Shown here piece after piece: positions 1 through 9,707 of a stretch of DNA of 64,000 nt. Position numbers and translations under genes: made by a program. The stretch comes from an uncultured Sphingobacteriales bacterium. GTDB lineage: Bacteria > Bacteroidota > Bacteroidia > CAILMK01 > CAYYUA01. The first letter of the stretch is position 1; every line of letters begins with the position of its first letter. The notes below the pieces were generated by a model. That model saw nothing but the letters and a program-made list of their open reading frames with translations. It was not told the DNA's origin and searched no databases. The DNA lies in the NCBI GenBank assembly GCA_964595485.1, contig CAZQQN010000011.1, positions 10,669 to 74,668 of the forward strand. The letters run 5' to 3'.

Positions 1-362
1 TGGGGCCTGGAGAATTTGATTTTGAGGATAAAGGGTTGGGATCCGTAACCGGTAATCGGAATGACAATGGTAAGTTTAAAACGCCCACTCTTCGAAACGT
101 AGAACTAACTGCTCCTTACATGCATGATGGCCGTTTTGAAACCCTTAAAGAAGTCGTTAATTTCTACAGTGATAGTCTCAAACCAGCTTCAAATGTTGAT
201 GAAAACATTCAAAAACATTTACCTCGTAGCGATGATGGGTATTACAAACAGGGTGGGGTTGATTTAAGTGAGCAAGAAAAACAGGACCTCATCAATTTCC
301 TTAAAACTTTTACCGATAAGAGCTTTATAAAAGATGAGCGCTATTCCAATCCCTTTAATTAG
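1..362 (+). CDS. di-haem cytochrome c peroxidase (CCP/MauG family), C-terminal fragment; 5' end lies outside the window
   Basis: The frame is open from base 3 to the window edge. FKTPTLRNVELTAPYMHDGRFETLKEVVNFY matches the conserved C-terminal CCP block (FKxPsLRN..TaPYmHDG). Confidence 0.75.
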   Translation, partial: GPGEFDFEDKGLGSVTGNRNDNGKFKTPTLRNVELTAPYMHDGRFETLKEVVNFYSDSLKPASNVDENIQKHLPRSDDGYYKQGGVDLSEQEKQDLINFLKTFTDKSFIKDERYSNPFN

Positions 363-483
363 GAATTATTCCTGAAAAATTAATAGAGATGAGGCTATTA
401 ACGCCTCCTGGTTGCTTCCTGAGAAATCCGTACTATAAACCTACTTAAGGGAGATTTGATTCTTTTCCATGAACATTATTTGA

Positions 484-491
484 TATTTTTG
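484..491 (+). promoter_or_regulatory. candidate Bacteroidota sigma-A -7 box (TAnnTTTG) for korAB
   Basis: TATTTTTG, 39 nt upstream of the korA ATG. Confidence 0.4.
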
Positions 492-530
492 CATTTAATT
501 TAGAACAGTTTTAAATAATTCAAATAAGGG

Positions 531-2393
531 ATGACTGAAACATCAGAGATAAAAAATGAGGTTGTTGTCAGATTTGCAGGAGATTCCGGCGATGGTATTC
601 AGTTAACAGGCTCTCAGTTTACAGACTCTACAGCCTTATCTGGTCACGATTTAGGTACTTATCCGGATTTTCCGGCAGAAATCAGGGCCCCGGCTGGAAC
701 GGTACCTGGTGTATCTGGCTTTCAGATCAATTTCGGCTCGAATGCCATTTACACTCCGGGAGACTATTGCGATGTCTTAGTGGTGATGAATGCAGCTGCG
801 ATTAAAAGTAATTTGAAATTCCTCAAAGAAGAGGGTATCATAATAGCCAATGAAGACGGGTTTGATGGAAAGAATTTACAAAGCGCCGGTTATGATAAAG
901 CTGATACACCTCTTGCAAACGCAGAGGAGCACTACCGGCTTTACAGGGTACCTGTTACAAAGCTTACCCGTGAAGCATTAAAAGATACCAACCTTAAGAC
1001 TAAAGAGCAGGATCGCTCTAAAAACATGTTTGTTTTAGGGTTAATTTACTGGCTTTTTAACCGTGATTTGCAGCCAACCATTGATTTTCTGGAGCAAAAG
1101 TTTGCTAACAAGCCTGAGCTCAAACAAGCCAATTTGAATGCGCTTAAAGCTGGTTTTAATTATGGTGAAACGGCAGAGATTTTTACCACACGCTATGAAG
1201 TCAAGCCGGCTGATTTGCCTAAAGGTTCATACCGAAGTGTGACGGGTAACCTTGCTACAGCATTGGGGCTGATAAGTGCTTCTCAAAAGGCTGACTTACC
1301 GCTATTCTATGGATCTTATCCCATAACACCAGCTTCTGATATACTCCATGAGTTATCAAAACATAAAAACTTTGATGTAAGGACATTTCAGGCTGAAGAC
1401 GAAATCGGTGCTATTTCGGCCGTTATTGGTGCCGCTTATGGTGGTTCCTTGGCTTCTACTGGTACATCAGGACCTGGCTTTTCACTGAAAAGTGAAGCAT
1501 TGGGCCTTGCGGTGAATCTTGAGTTACCGTTAGTGGTTTGCAATATTCAAAGGGCTGGCCCTTCTACTGGCATGCCGACAAAAACAGAACAAGCTGATCT
1601 CTTACAAGCGCTATATGGCCGACATGGTGAAGCTCCTATGCCCGTAGTAGCTGCTTCTACACCATCTGATTGTTTTGATATGGCATTTGAAGCCAGCAGG
1701 CTAGCGATAGAATTCATGACACCGGTAATCTTTCTAAGTGATGGGTATATTGCCAATGGCTCTGAGCCCTGGCGTTTTCCATCTTCTAAGGATCTACCAA
1801 CAATCAAAAAAATGGTACCCGAAGAAGGGCAGGTTTCAGATGGGCAATTTGCCCCCTATGAGCGGGATGACCGGTTAGTCAGACAATGGGCTTTACCAGG
1901 TACTCGCGGTTTCCAAAATCGAATTGGGGGGCTTGAAAAAGAAAAAGGAACAGGCAATGTTTCCTATGATCCTGAAAACCATCAGGAGATGGTAGATACC
2001 CGTGCCAAAAAAGTTTACAAGGTAAAGGACTATGTCCCCGCTCAAACGATCGATAATGGTCCGCAATCCGGAGATGTCTTGTTGCTTGGCTGGGGTTCTA
2101 CCTATGGTGTTTTAAAATCAGCAACAGAACAACTCCAATACGAGGGGTACGATGTGGCTCATGCTCAGGTGAAATATATGAGCCCACTACCAAGGAATCT
2201 GGAAAAAATTGTTAAGGAATTTAACCATGTCATCGTTCCTGAAAACAATAACGGTCAATTTGTAAAGGTAATACGGAATGAATTTTTGGTACCAGCAATT
2301 CCGTTTAATAAAGTACAGGGAATTCCTTTTACCGTTAATGAGATTACAGATAAGGTAAAAACCGTTTTGAAAAAAGAAGGTGTTCCAGGTTAA
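531..2393 (+). CDS. korA: 2-oxoglutarate/2-oxoacid:ferredoxin oxidoreductase, alpha subunit
   Basis: 620 aa. N-terminal RFAGDSGDGIQLTG block and central YPITPASDILHEL block typical of the KorA/OorA family. The TPP-binding beta subunit follows 49 nt downstream. Confidence 0.9.
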   Translation: MTETSEIKNEVVVRFAGDSGDGIQLTGSQFTDSTALSGHDLGTYPDFPAEIRAPAGTVPGVSGFQINFGSNAIYTPGDYCDVLVVMNAAAIKSNLKFLKEEGIIIANEDGFDGKNLQSAGYDKADTPLANAEEHYRLYRVPVTKLTREALKDTNLKTKEQDRSKNMFVLGLIYWLFNRDLQPTIDFLEQKFANKPELKQANLNALKAGFNYGETAEIFTTRYEVKPADLPKGSYRSVTGNLATALGLISASQKADLPLFYGSYPITPASDILHELSKHKNFDVRTFQAEDEIGAISAVIGAAYGGSLASTGTSGPGFSLKSEALGLAVNLELPLVVCNIQRAGPSTGMPTKTEQADLLQALYGRHGEAPMPVVAASTPSDCFDMAFEASRLAIEFMTPVIFLSDGYIANGSEPWRFPSSKDLPTIKKMVPEEGQVSDGQFAPYERDDRLVRQWALPGTRGFQNRIGGLEKEKGTGNVSYDPENHQEMVDTRAKKVYKVKDYVPAQTIDNGPQSGDVLLLGWGSTYGVLKSATEQLQYEGYDVAHAQVKYMSPLPRNLEKIVKEFNHVIVPENNNGQFVKVIRNEFLVPAIPFNKVQGIPFTVNEITDKVKTVLKKEGVPG

Positions 2394-2442
2394 ACGAAAT
2401 TGAATCCTTCAAACGGATTGATATAAAAAGGTAATACCTATT

Positions 2443-3516
2443 ATGAGTTCGGAAGTAGCAAATAAGAATACTATAAAATCTGATCAAGACAATAGTCAGA
2501 AAGAAGCCTTTAAAGCCAAGGATTTCGCCACTGATCAAGAAGTTAGGTGGTGTCCGGGTTGCGGGGATTATTCAATCCTTAAACAAGTGCAAACCATCAT
2601 GGCGCAATCGGGTTTGAAAAAAGAAGATCTTGTCTTTATTTCAGGCATTGGTTGTGCAGCCCGATTTCCATATTACATGGATACCTACGGCTTACATTCT
2701 ATTCATGGCAGATCCCCTGCCATTGCTACCGGCCTTAAAGCTACCAATCCTGATCTAAGCGTTTGGGTCATTACCGGTGATGGGGATAGCTTATCTATTG
2801 GGGGTAACCATTTTATACACATGTTAAGGCGTAATATTGACTTGAATGTTTTGATGTTCAATAACGAGATCTATGGTTTAACCAAAGGCCAATATTCCCC
2901 AACTTCAGAAGAAGGTAAGGTGACAAAGTCAACCCCTTCAGGTTCCCTTGATCATCCCGTGAATCCAGCAGCCGTCACCCTGGGAGCTGACGGAACTTTC
3001 ATGGCCAGGGCTATGGACAGGGATCCTAAGCATATGCAAGCTATGCTTAACAGGACTTATGCCCATAAGGGGACTTCCATGCTAGAAATTTATCAGAACT
3101 GCAATGTCTTCAATGACGGGGCTTTCTTTACCTTCACTGATAAATCCACCAAACCGGAAGCAACGGTTTTCCTGGAGCATAACCAACCCTTATTGTTTGG
3201 TGCAAACCATGAAAAAGGGATTCGATTCAACTGTGGTTATCCGGAAATCGTGGATTTAAATGAAAGTGGATATAGTGCAGATGATTGCTGGATCCACGAT
3301 GAAAAAGACCTCAATAAAGCCCATTTATTAGCGCGAATATTTGATGACCCGCTCCAGGAAGGTAATTTACCTCGGCCCTTTGGAGTTTTTTACGATGTGG
3401 AGCGTTCCTCTTATGAAGATGCTATGCATAACCAACTCAAGGAGATAAGGAGCAAGGAAGGGGGATCAGACTTAGATGCCTTACTGAGCGGAGATAATAC
3501 CTGGGAGGTGAAATAG
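2443..3516 (+). CDS. korB: 2-oxoglutarate/2-oxoacid:ferredoxin oxidoreductase, beta (TPP-binding) subunit
   Basis: 357 aa. WCPGCGDYSIL motif and TPP-binding GDGDSLSIGGNH...NNEIYGLTKGQ. Adjacent to korA on the same strand. Confidence 0.9.
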   Translation: MSSEVANKNTIKSDQDNSQKEAFKAKDFATDQEVRWCPGCGDYSILKQVQTIMAQSGLKKEDLVFISGIGCAARFPYYMDTYGLHSIHGRSPAIATGLKATNPDLSVWVITGDGDSLSIGGNHFIHMLRRNIDLNVLMFNNEIYGLTKGQYSPTSEEGKVTKSTPSGSLDHPVNPAAVTLGADGTFMARAMDRDPKHMQAMLNRTYAHKGTSMLEIYQNCNVFNDGAFFTFTDKSTKPEATVFLEHNQPLLFGANHEKGIRFNCGYPEIVDLNESGYSADDCWIHDEKDLNKAHLLARIFDDPLQEGNLPRPFGVFYDVERSSYEDAMHNQLKEIRSKEGGSDLDALLSGDNTWEVK

Positions 3517-3676
3517 AGGAAGTTCTTATAAATTTAAACCTCAAATTTCCTCTTCATAAAGTGATAGGTAAGCCTGCTACTCAGGATACTTTATGAAAAA
3601 GCTCCGGATTATCGATAAAAAGGCTTGTCAATAGCTCGTTCTGTATTCATAAAGCCCAACATACTCAAGTATTGCC

Positions 3677-5125
3677 CTAATCAACAATGATTTTTTTGGT
3701 TTTCACCATATCCTTTCCCTGAACAACAATCAGGTAAATACCAGGCGAAATATTACTAACATTAATGGTATGCGTCCCCTTATCTTCTAATGAGCCGGAT
3801 TGAGCGATTTTACCGGTAGTGGTGAGCATACGGTAATTCCGGGCTTTGGTAGTATGAGGGATATCAACTTTAACCTTGTCATTCAGGGGATAGGCCATAA
3901 TCCTTATTTGGGCTTTACTGCCATCTTTAATACCAACACCAGATACGGATTTACAGCCAGAAGTGTCAGTGCAGCCATTTTTAGTCACCTCAACTGCATA
4001 AGTGCCACTTGCAGTGGGTTTTAAAGTTTTATTGGTTTCACCGTCTAGTGGCGTATAATTATCGTTGCAATTAAGCCATTGGTAAGTGGCATTTTGCGCT
4101 TGTGCCGTCAGTGTATCTGCATTAATCGTAATACTGCTGTCCACTGTTCTAATTGTTAAATCAATGTTAAAAACACTATCGCAACCGATAGGTGAAGCAT
4201 TATTCAAAGTATCTTGGTAATTACCACTTTTTCGCCAGGTACTTTCCCCACTGGGTGAAGTATAAAGATCGCATGCCTTAGTACTTACGCTACTGGTAAT
4301 AGGCTGACAATTGTCCCGGTAAGTTACGTTGGTTACCTGTTCGGTACCCGCTATTTCTCTGGTTGTTACAGTTAAGAGTGGTGGACCCATGCCTTTAGCC
4401 AGCCATTTGTATTGAATTTCTTTGTTCATGGGAATGTCTTGTCCCTGCCCTTGCGCAAATAAGGAATCATCATAATAGAGCTGTGTTTTTACCCGTAAAG
4501 TCTGGAATTCACCATAGGGAGTTTTCAGCGTTCCCCAGCCATCTACCGAGTTAACCCTTTTTTGCTGCCTTTCGAAATAAATGTCGCCCGGAATAGGTAG
4601 CGGAATATTCGATGGGGGGAAACTAAAAAATGATGTATTGGAATCTTTCTGACCATATTGTAATGGAAAGTTGTAAAAAACATCATTGGTATCGAATTGT
4701 ATCGGGATATCGTTGGAAGCCAATGTAACACCAAAAGCGACTCTTTCAAATGATTGGGCGTCTGACTCAAAAAAGCTAATTATGTTATCTAAAGGCCCGC
4801 CAACGGGTATTGAGCCACCAGGCAATTGTTGTTCATTCTTTGCCAGGTTAGCGCCTTTTTGGAACCTGAGAAGTTGGTAGATTGAGGGAACATTGTTCAT
4901 GGATTGGTAGGTATCAACATACTGATCCTCAGCTTGTAGATTGGTATAATCCCAGGTTTGGTTAGGGCCTGTTTTCTGAAAGTTGATAACACCCGGATTG
5001 GCTGCGTTACTAAAAAGGTAGGTCTCACCTTGGCCCGGCATATCGCTTTGAGTAATAGTAATTTGCCCCGAGGCATGAATATGAAGCATCAAAAAGGTTG
5101 TCAATAATGTAAAAAAAAGACGCAT
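3677..5125 (-). CDS. secreted protein of unknown function with T9SS C-terminal sorting domain
   Basis: 482 aa. N-terminal signal peptide (MRLFFTLLTTFLMLHIHASG). C-terminal ~80 aa resemble a T9SS CTD (...SPGIYLIVVQGKDMVKTKKIIVD). The N-terminal domain (G.NQTWDYTNL, GWGTLKTPYG, YKWLAKG..PPLL) is paralogous to the protein at 26615-27688. Confidence 0.75.
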   Translation of the reverse strand: MRLFFTLLTTFLMLHIHASGQITITQSDMPGQGETYLFSNAANPGVINFQKTGPNQTWDYTNLQAEDQYVDTYQSMNNVPSIYQLLRFQKGANLAKNEQQLPGGSIPVGGPLDNIISFFESDAQSFERVAFGVTLASNDIPIQFDTNDVFYNFPLQYGQKDSNTSFFSFPPSNIPLPIPGDIYFERQQKRVNSVDGWGTLKTPYGEFQTLRVKTQLYYDDSLFAQGQGQDIPMNKEIQYKWLAKGMGPPLLTVTTREIAGTEQVTNVTYRDNCQPITSSVSTKACDLYTSPSGESTWRKSGNYQDTLNNASPIGCDSVFNIDLTIRTVDSSITINADTLTAQAQNATYQWLNCNDNYTPLDGETNKTLKPTASGTYAVEVTKNGCTDTSGCKSVSGVGIKDGSKAQIRIMAYPLNDKVKVDIPHTTKARNYRMLTTTGKIAQSGSLEDKGTHTINVSNISPGIYLIVVQGKDMVKTKKIIVD

Positions 5126-5247
5126 TGATTTGTTATTTTTGTTGGTGTTCGAAAATAATCATTCTTCAACATAACCCCAATGCTTATCAAAATTTTTACT
5201 AGCATTGGCTATTTTTTAAAAAATGCTCATCGTTTTTAAATAAATTT

Positions 5248-7170
5248 ATGATTCCAAAGGCTACCATTGATAAAATTTTAGATACCGCCCAGATCGAAGA
5301 TGTGGTGGCCGAATTCGTACCGCTGAAACGTGCTGGTGCTAATTTTAAGGCCAATAGCCCGTGGACGGATGAGCGGACGCCATCCTTTTTTGTAGCCCCG
5401 GGTAAAAATATATTCAAGGACTTTAGTTCAGGGAAAGGGGGTAATCCCGTAACCTTCCTGATGGAACATGAGTACTTGTCTTATCCCCAAGCATTACGGT
5501 GGCTCGCTGATTTTTATAAGATAGAGATACCAGAACAAGAGGAATCAGCGGAGGAAAAAGAACAACGCACGGAGCGGGAAGCTATTCAGATCCTTTTAAA
5601 CTATGCGGCCCGCTATTACAACAATTACTTGCTCAATGAAGATGATGGAAAGGCTGTTGGATTGGCTTATTTCAAAGAAAGGGGGTTTACCAAAGATGTT
5701 ATTGATAAGTTTCAACTGGGGTATGCACCTGATGAAAAACGGCATTTTACCGATCATGCCCTAAATCAACAGTATAAAGAGGACTACTTAGAGCGCTCTG
5801 GTTTGGGCAAAAGGACCAATGATGGAGGCATTATTGATCAGTTCCGGGATCGGGTGATGTTTCCAATCCATTCCGTTTCTGGTAAGACACTGGGTTTTGG
5901 TGGCCGGATCCTGAAATCCAATACTAAATTACCCAAGTACATTAATTCTCCAGAAACTGAAATCTATGATAAAAGTAAAGTTCTATACGGGATTCATCAG
6001 GCAAAAGATGCTTTAAGGAAAAAAGATGAAGCCATTCTTGTAGAGGGTTATACCGATGTCATAGCGCTTCACCAGGCTGGCGTTGAAAATGTGGTTGCTT
6101 CCTCCGGGACTAGCTTGACTGATGACCAAATGAAACTGATCAAGCGTTTTACCAATCACCTTATTTTTATGTTTGACGGGGACCAGGCCGGCACTGATGC
6201 ATCCATTCGCGGAGTAGACATGGCGCTCCAGCATGACTTAAACGTAAAAGTGCTGCATTTACCTGAAGAACATGATCCGGACTCATTTGCCCAGGATCAT
6301 TCAGCTGAAGAGATCAGGGAATATATTGATAACCATGTTCGGGATTTCCTGATGTTCAAAATTGAGCAAAGCAAAGATGCTGCTCAGCAGGATCCGATCA
6401 AGCAAGGTGAGACTATACGAGGAATTGTAAAATCCATTGCCCAAATACCGGATAACCTGAACCGGAATTTGTACATTAAGGAAGCCGCCAGGGTTCTCCA
6501 AGTAGAAGAAGAGTTACTCTACCAGGAGTTGAACCGCCATTTAATGGATAAGGCAAAACGGGAAGAGAAAAAAGCTACACGGCGAGAACAGCCAGAAAGC
6601 GTGGAAGGTTTATCCGAATATGAGTCTGACGCTAAAAGCGGCTGGGGACAATCTCTTATACAGGAAAAAAAGGTTGTACAAATGCTGCTTCGCTACGGCT
6701 CAAAAGATTTTTCTGAAGAAGAGTCTGTAGCAAAGCATATCCTAAATGAAGTGAATGATCTGGAGTTAGAATCTCCTACATGCGACAGCATTATTCAGCT
6801 TTATGAAAGTCATTTAAATGAAAATGGGGAGCATCCGCTCGAAAGCTTATTTACACAGCATGAAGATCGTTCAATACAGCAAATGGCCGTTGATGCTTAT
6901 ACCCAACAATTTGAGATCAGCGAAAACTGGCAGGAAAAAATTGGTAAGGTTATAAAACAACCTGATGAAAATTACATTGAGGAAGTCATTTCAGCGCTTG
7001 ATCATCTGAAGTTGAAAAAACTACTCCAAATGTTGCAGCAAAATGAAGAAGACCTCAAGAAAGCCACCTCTGACAACAAAATACAGGAATTATTACAAGT
7101 TCATAATCGCTTAAACGAGCTCAAGCAAGAGATCACTGATAAATTGGGAACGGTAATCCTGGAGAAGTAA
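5248..7170 (+). CDS. dnaG: DNA primase
   Basis: 640 aa. ZBD-like N-terminus (ERTPSFFV...GKGGNPVTFLMEHE), RNA polymerase core, and TOPRIM block EGYTDVIALHQAG...FDGDQAG. The four canonical Zn ligands are substituted (see findings). Confidence 0.92.
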   Translation: MIPKATIDKILDTAQIEDVVAEFVPLKRAGANFKANSPWTDERTPSFFVAPGKNIFKDFSSGKGGNPVTFLMEHEYLSYPQALRWLADFYKIEIPEQEESAEEKEQRTEREAIQILLNYAARYYNNYLLNEDDGKAVGLAYFKERGFTKDVIDKFQLGYAPDEKRHFTDHALNQQYKEDYLERSGLGKRTNDGGIIDQFRDRVMFPIHSVSGKTLGFGGRILKSNTKLPKYINSPETEIYDKSKVLYGIHQAKDALRKKDEAILVEGYTDVIALHQAGVENVVASSGTSLTDDQMKLIKRFTNHLIFMFDGDQAGTDASIRGVDMALQHDLNVKVLHLPEEHDPDSFAQDHSAEEIREYIDNHVRDFLMFKIEQSKDAAQQDPIKQGETIRGIVKSIAQIPDNLNRNLYIKEAARVLQVEEELLYQELNRHLMDKAKREEKKATRREQPESVEGLSEYESDAKSGWGQSLIQEKKVVQMLLRYGSKDFSEEESVAKHILNEVNDLELESPTCDSIIQLYESHLNENGEHPLESLFTQHEDRSIQQMAVDAYTQQFEISENWQEKIGKVIKQPDENYIEEVISALDHLKLKKLLQMLQQNEEDLKKATSDNKIQELLQVHNRLNELKQEITDKLGTVILEK

Positions 7171-7236
7171 CTTATTGCTATAGCATTTTTTGAAACAGCC
7201 CTCTCAAAGTAAAAATTAGGGAATTATGGGTGGCAT

Positions 7237-7272
7237 AAAAAAAAGGCGGTGCAGCTTGGCATCGCCTTTTTT
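7237..7272. terminator. bidirectional rho-independent terminator between convergent dnaG and rpoD
   Basis: A8-GGCGGTGC-agcttg-GCATCGCC-T6. The 8-bp stem has one G-U and is flanked by A and T runs. Confidence 0.8.
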
Positions 7273-7308
7273 AAGTATAATCTGTTAAATCTTAAGCTTA
7301 AAGTTAAT

Positions 7309-8175
7309 TTAAGCGCCTAAATAAGATTTGAGTAAACGGCTTTTGGAAGATTTTCTCAACTTACGGAGGGCTTTTTCTTTGATTTGCCTTACCCGCTCAC
7401 GTGTTAGATTCACTTTTTCACTGATATCTTCATAAGAATGGGGCGCGTTTCCTTCTAAACCAAAGAAAAGTTTAACGATCTCACGTTCTTTATCAGCCAA
7501 AAGGGAAATAACCCTTGTGATTTCTTTTTGAAGCGATTCGTGTAATAAGTCCACGTCAGGGTTTGGCTCTTGGTGGTTTGGTAGTAAAGTTAAAAGGTTA
7601 GCATCTTCCTCTTCGTTAATTGGAGCATCAATCGAAAGGTGACGGCTACTGGAGCTTAGCGTGGTTTCAACTTCCTGACCGGGAAGTTCAAGCTTTTCCG
7701 CGATTTCAGATGTCGTGGCTTCCCTTTCGTATTTTTGCTCAAGTTCTGCAGCGGCATTGCCTATTTTACTTAAGGAACCAACTTTATTAAGGGGTAAACG
7801 GACTAATCTGGATTGGTCGGCTAAAGCTTGAAGTATGGATTGACGAATCCACCAAACTGCGTATGAAATAAATTTAAAACCTCTTGTTTCATCAAACCGC
7901 TGAGCTGCCTTGATAAGACCAAGGTTTCCTTCATTGATCAAGTCACCAAGCGTCAGCCCTTGATTTTGATACTGCTTAGCAACAGAAACTACAAAGCGCA
8001 GGTTAGCAGTGACCAGTTTTTCCAAGGCAGCTTGGTCATTTTCTTTGATGCGCTTAGCCAGCTCTACTTCTTCCCCAGGTGAAATCATTTCCACCTTGCT
8101 AATTTCATTCAAATACTTGTCTAATGATTTGTTTTCCCGGTTTGTAAACTGCTTGCTTATCTTTAGTTGTCTCAT
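7309..8175 (-). CDS. rpoD: primary RNA polymerase sigma factor (sigma-70 family, short Bacteroidota SigA type)
   Basis: 288 aa. Region 2 ([28 protein letters not shown]) and region 4.2 ([28 protein letters not shown]). No region 1.1, as in Bacteroidota SigA. Confidence 0.92.
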   Translation of the reverse strand: MRQLKISKQFTNRENKSLDKYLNEISKVEMISPGEEVELAKRIKENDQAALEKLVTANLRFVVSVAKQYQNQGLTLGDLINEGNLGLIKAAQRFDETRGFKFISYAVWWIRQSILQALADQSRLVRLPLNKVGSLSKIGNAAAELEQKYEREATTSEIAEKLELPGQEVETTLSSSSRHLSIDAPINEEEDANLLTLLPNHQEPNPDVDLLHESLQKEITRVISLLADKEREIVKLFFGLEGNAPHSYEDISEKVNLTRERVRQIKEKALRKLRKSSKSRLLKSYLGA

Positions 8176-8671
8176 GTTTTAAGTGCGTTTTAACATATTC
8201 ATTTTGAGGTTTTACAATTACGACCAATCAAACATTTGCTTTTTCAAGAAAAGTTCAACCGCTTAGTTTCTTTTGCTAAAATGCCTTTAAGAGAGGAACG
8301 CTGTTAGTAGAATCGAACTCCTGGTTACGCTTAATGGCTGTAAGAAAATGAGTGTTTTCAGGCAAGCGTAAATGAATCTTATCCATAGGCATTAATAAAT
8401 TATTACTTTTTTAATCAAAAGCCGTTAACGTTTACAGCTTTTACAAATTGATGGTTCCAATAAATCTAAAAAATCTTTAATCTTTTTACAGATATCAATT
8501 GTCGGCTATCCTAAGCATATGAAAAGCTTACTACTCAATCCCCTAAATGGAAAAAGTTTTTAGAAATTCTTTTAGGGTGAACGGTTTTTAATTTACGAAC
8601 TAACTGGGCAGCTAATGAATGCTATTTTGTTCAGATAGGATTTTTGTTTGGCTACTATTGAAAATTGGGGT

Positions 8672-8679
8672 TATATTTG
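8672..8679 (+). promoter_or_regulatory. candidate -7 box immediately upstream of pheS
   Basis: TATATTTG ends 4 nt before ATG 8684. If functional, this implies a leaderless or near-leaderless mRNA. Confidence 0.3.
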
Positions 8680-8683
8680 TCAT

Positions 8684-9682
8684 ATGCTTGATGAAAAAAT
8701 CCAGGAAATTAAGTCGGAAATAGCCGGTTTTCAGCCTAATAACCTTAAGGAGCTAGAAGAATTTCGCATTCAATACTTAGGAAAAAAAGGGAAAATTACT
8801 TCCCTTTTCCAAGAGTTCAAACAAATCCCTGAGGGAGATAAAAAAGTATATGGTCAGTCAATCAATGAGCTAAAAAAAGAAGCTCAGGCGGTCATAGATA
8901 AGTACCGTGAAACATTAGAGGAGCAGTCAATGGCAGGCGGGGAAAACAGGAAAGATCTCACGCTGGATCCTGCCCCTGTTCCTTTAGGAGCAAGGCACCC
9001 GGTAAGCCTGATCATTCAACAGATCAATGACATATTTACCAAAATTGGTTTTTCAGTATCGGATGGTGCTGAAATTGTGGATGATTGGCATAACTTCACT
9101 GCATTGAATATTCCCCAAAATCATCCCGCCCGGGATATGCAGGATACGTTTTTTGTAAGTGAAAGCCAGGATTGGGTGCTGCGTACTCATACTTCTTCTG
9201 TTCAAATAAATGTAATGGAGCAATACAAACCACCAATTAGAACCATAGCGCCTGGCAGAACTTTTAGAAGGGACAGCGATGCTACGCACTCACCTTTTTT
9301 TCACCAGGTTGAGGGGTTATATGTAGATGAAGAGGTTAGCATGGTGGACTTAAAGCAAACTTTATACTATTTTGTACGCCAACTTTTTGGTGATGAGACA
9401 AGGGTTCGTTTCAGGCCTTCCTATTTCCCATTTACAGAGCCTTCAGCAGAAATGGACATTGGTTGGGAGAAAGATGGCCAAATAGATTGGATGGAAATCC
9501 TTGGTTGCGGTATGGTAGACCCGAATGTGTTTGATATGTGCGGTATTGATGCTAAGAAAAATACGGGTTTTGCTTTTGGCATTGGTATAGAAAGGATTGC
9601 CATGTTAAAGTACCAGATTCCGGATATCAGAACTTTTTTTGATAACGATGTCCGCTTCCTTGAGCAATTTAAAGGCCTTTAA
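8684..9682 (+). CDS. pheS: phenylalanine--tRNA ligase alpha subunit
   Basis: Class II aaRS alpha. QYLGKKGKITSL N-terminal coiled-coil region, FRRD motif 2, GFAFGIGIERIAM motif 3. ATG 8684 (MLDEKIQEIK...) is preferred over the upstream TTG 8648 used by the ORF track. Confidence 0.9.
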   Translation: MLDEKIQEIKSEIAGFQPNNLKELEEFRIQYLGKKGKITSLFQEFKQIPEGDKKVYGQSINELKKEAQAVIDKYRETLEEQSMAGGENRKDLTLDPAPVPLGARHPVSLIIQQINDIFTKIGFSVSDGAEIVDDWHNFTALNIPQNHPARDMQDTFFVSESQDWVLRTHTSSVQINVMEQYKPPIRTIAPGRTFRRDSDATHSPFFHQVEGLYVDEEVSMVDLKQTLYYFVRQLFGDETRVRFRPSYFPFTEPSAEMDIGWEKDGQIDWMEILGCGMVDPNVFDMCGIDAKKNTGFAFGIGIERIAMLKYQIPDIRTFFDNDVRFLEQFKGL

Positions 9683-9707
9683 TGCTTAATGACAAAAATA
9701 TGATACC

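Noticed and set aside
1547-1807. Short ORFs nested inside or antisense to well-supported genes across the window. Examples: 1547-1807, 12832-13239, 32823-33287, 41404-41949, 49574-49894, 54126-54518, 57302-57550.
   Set aside because: Each is fully overlapped by a longer ORF with clear family motifs. Their translations lack recognisable domains and have atypical composition.
2344-2538. 64-aa minus-strand ORF spanning the korA-korB junction.
   Set aside because: It overlaps the 3' end of korA and the 5' end of korB. It is hydrophobic and low-complexity and has no promoter context.
8290-8345. tRNA-like T-arm on the minus strand (ccaggAGTTCGATTCTactaacagcg) in the rpoD-pheS spacer. It could be a tRNA gene or an integration-site remnant.
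   Set aside because: The T-stem pairs only 4 of 5 positions. No complementary acceptor strand, D-arm (GG) or anticodon arm could be built in the preceding 70 nt. No integrase or direct repeat lies nearby.
8281-8392. Possible nested-stem structure (ATGCCT/AGGCAT outer stem, TTACGCTT/AAGCGTAA inner stem) in the 508-nt rpoD-pheS spacer, considered as an ncRNA or rpoD leader element.
   Set aside because: In a ~500-nt AT-rich region a couple of 8-bp complementary pairs are expected by chance. There is no compensatory evidence or known motif.
8648-8683. N-terminal extensions produced by the ORF track's upstream TTG/GTG starts. Cases: pheS 8648, CBS 12457, TonB receptor 27807, DUF547 30275, ECF sigma 57351, ispH 61563.
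   Set aside because: The extensions lack similarity to family N-termini. Several would bury a signal peptide or lipobox, or contain a TAnnTTTG promoter box. A downstream ATG gives the canonical N-terminus in each case.
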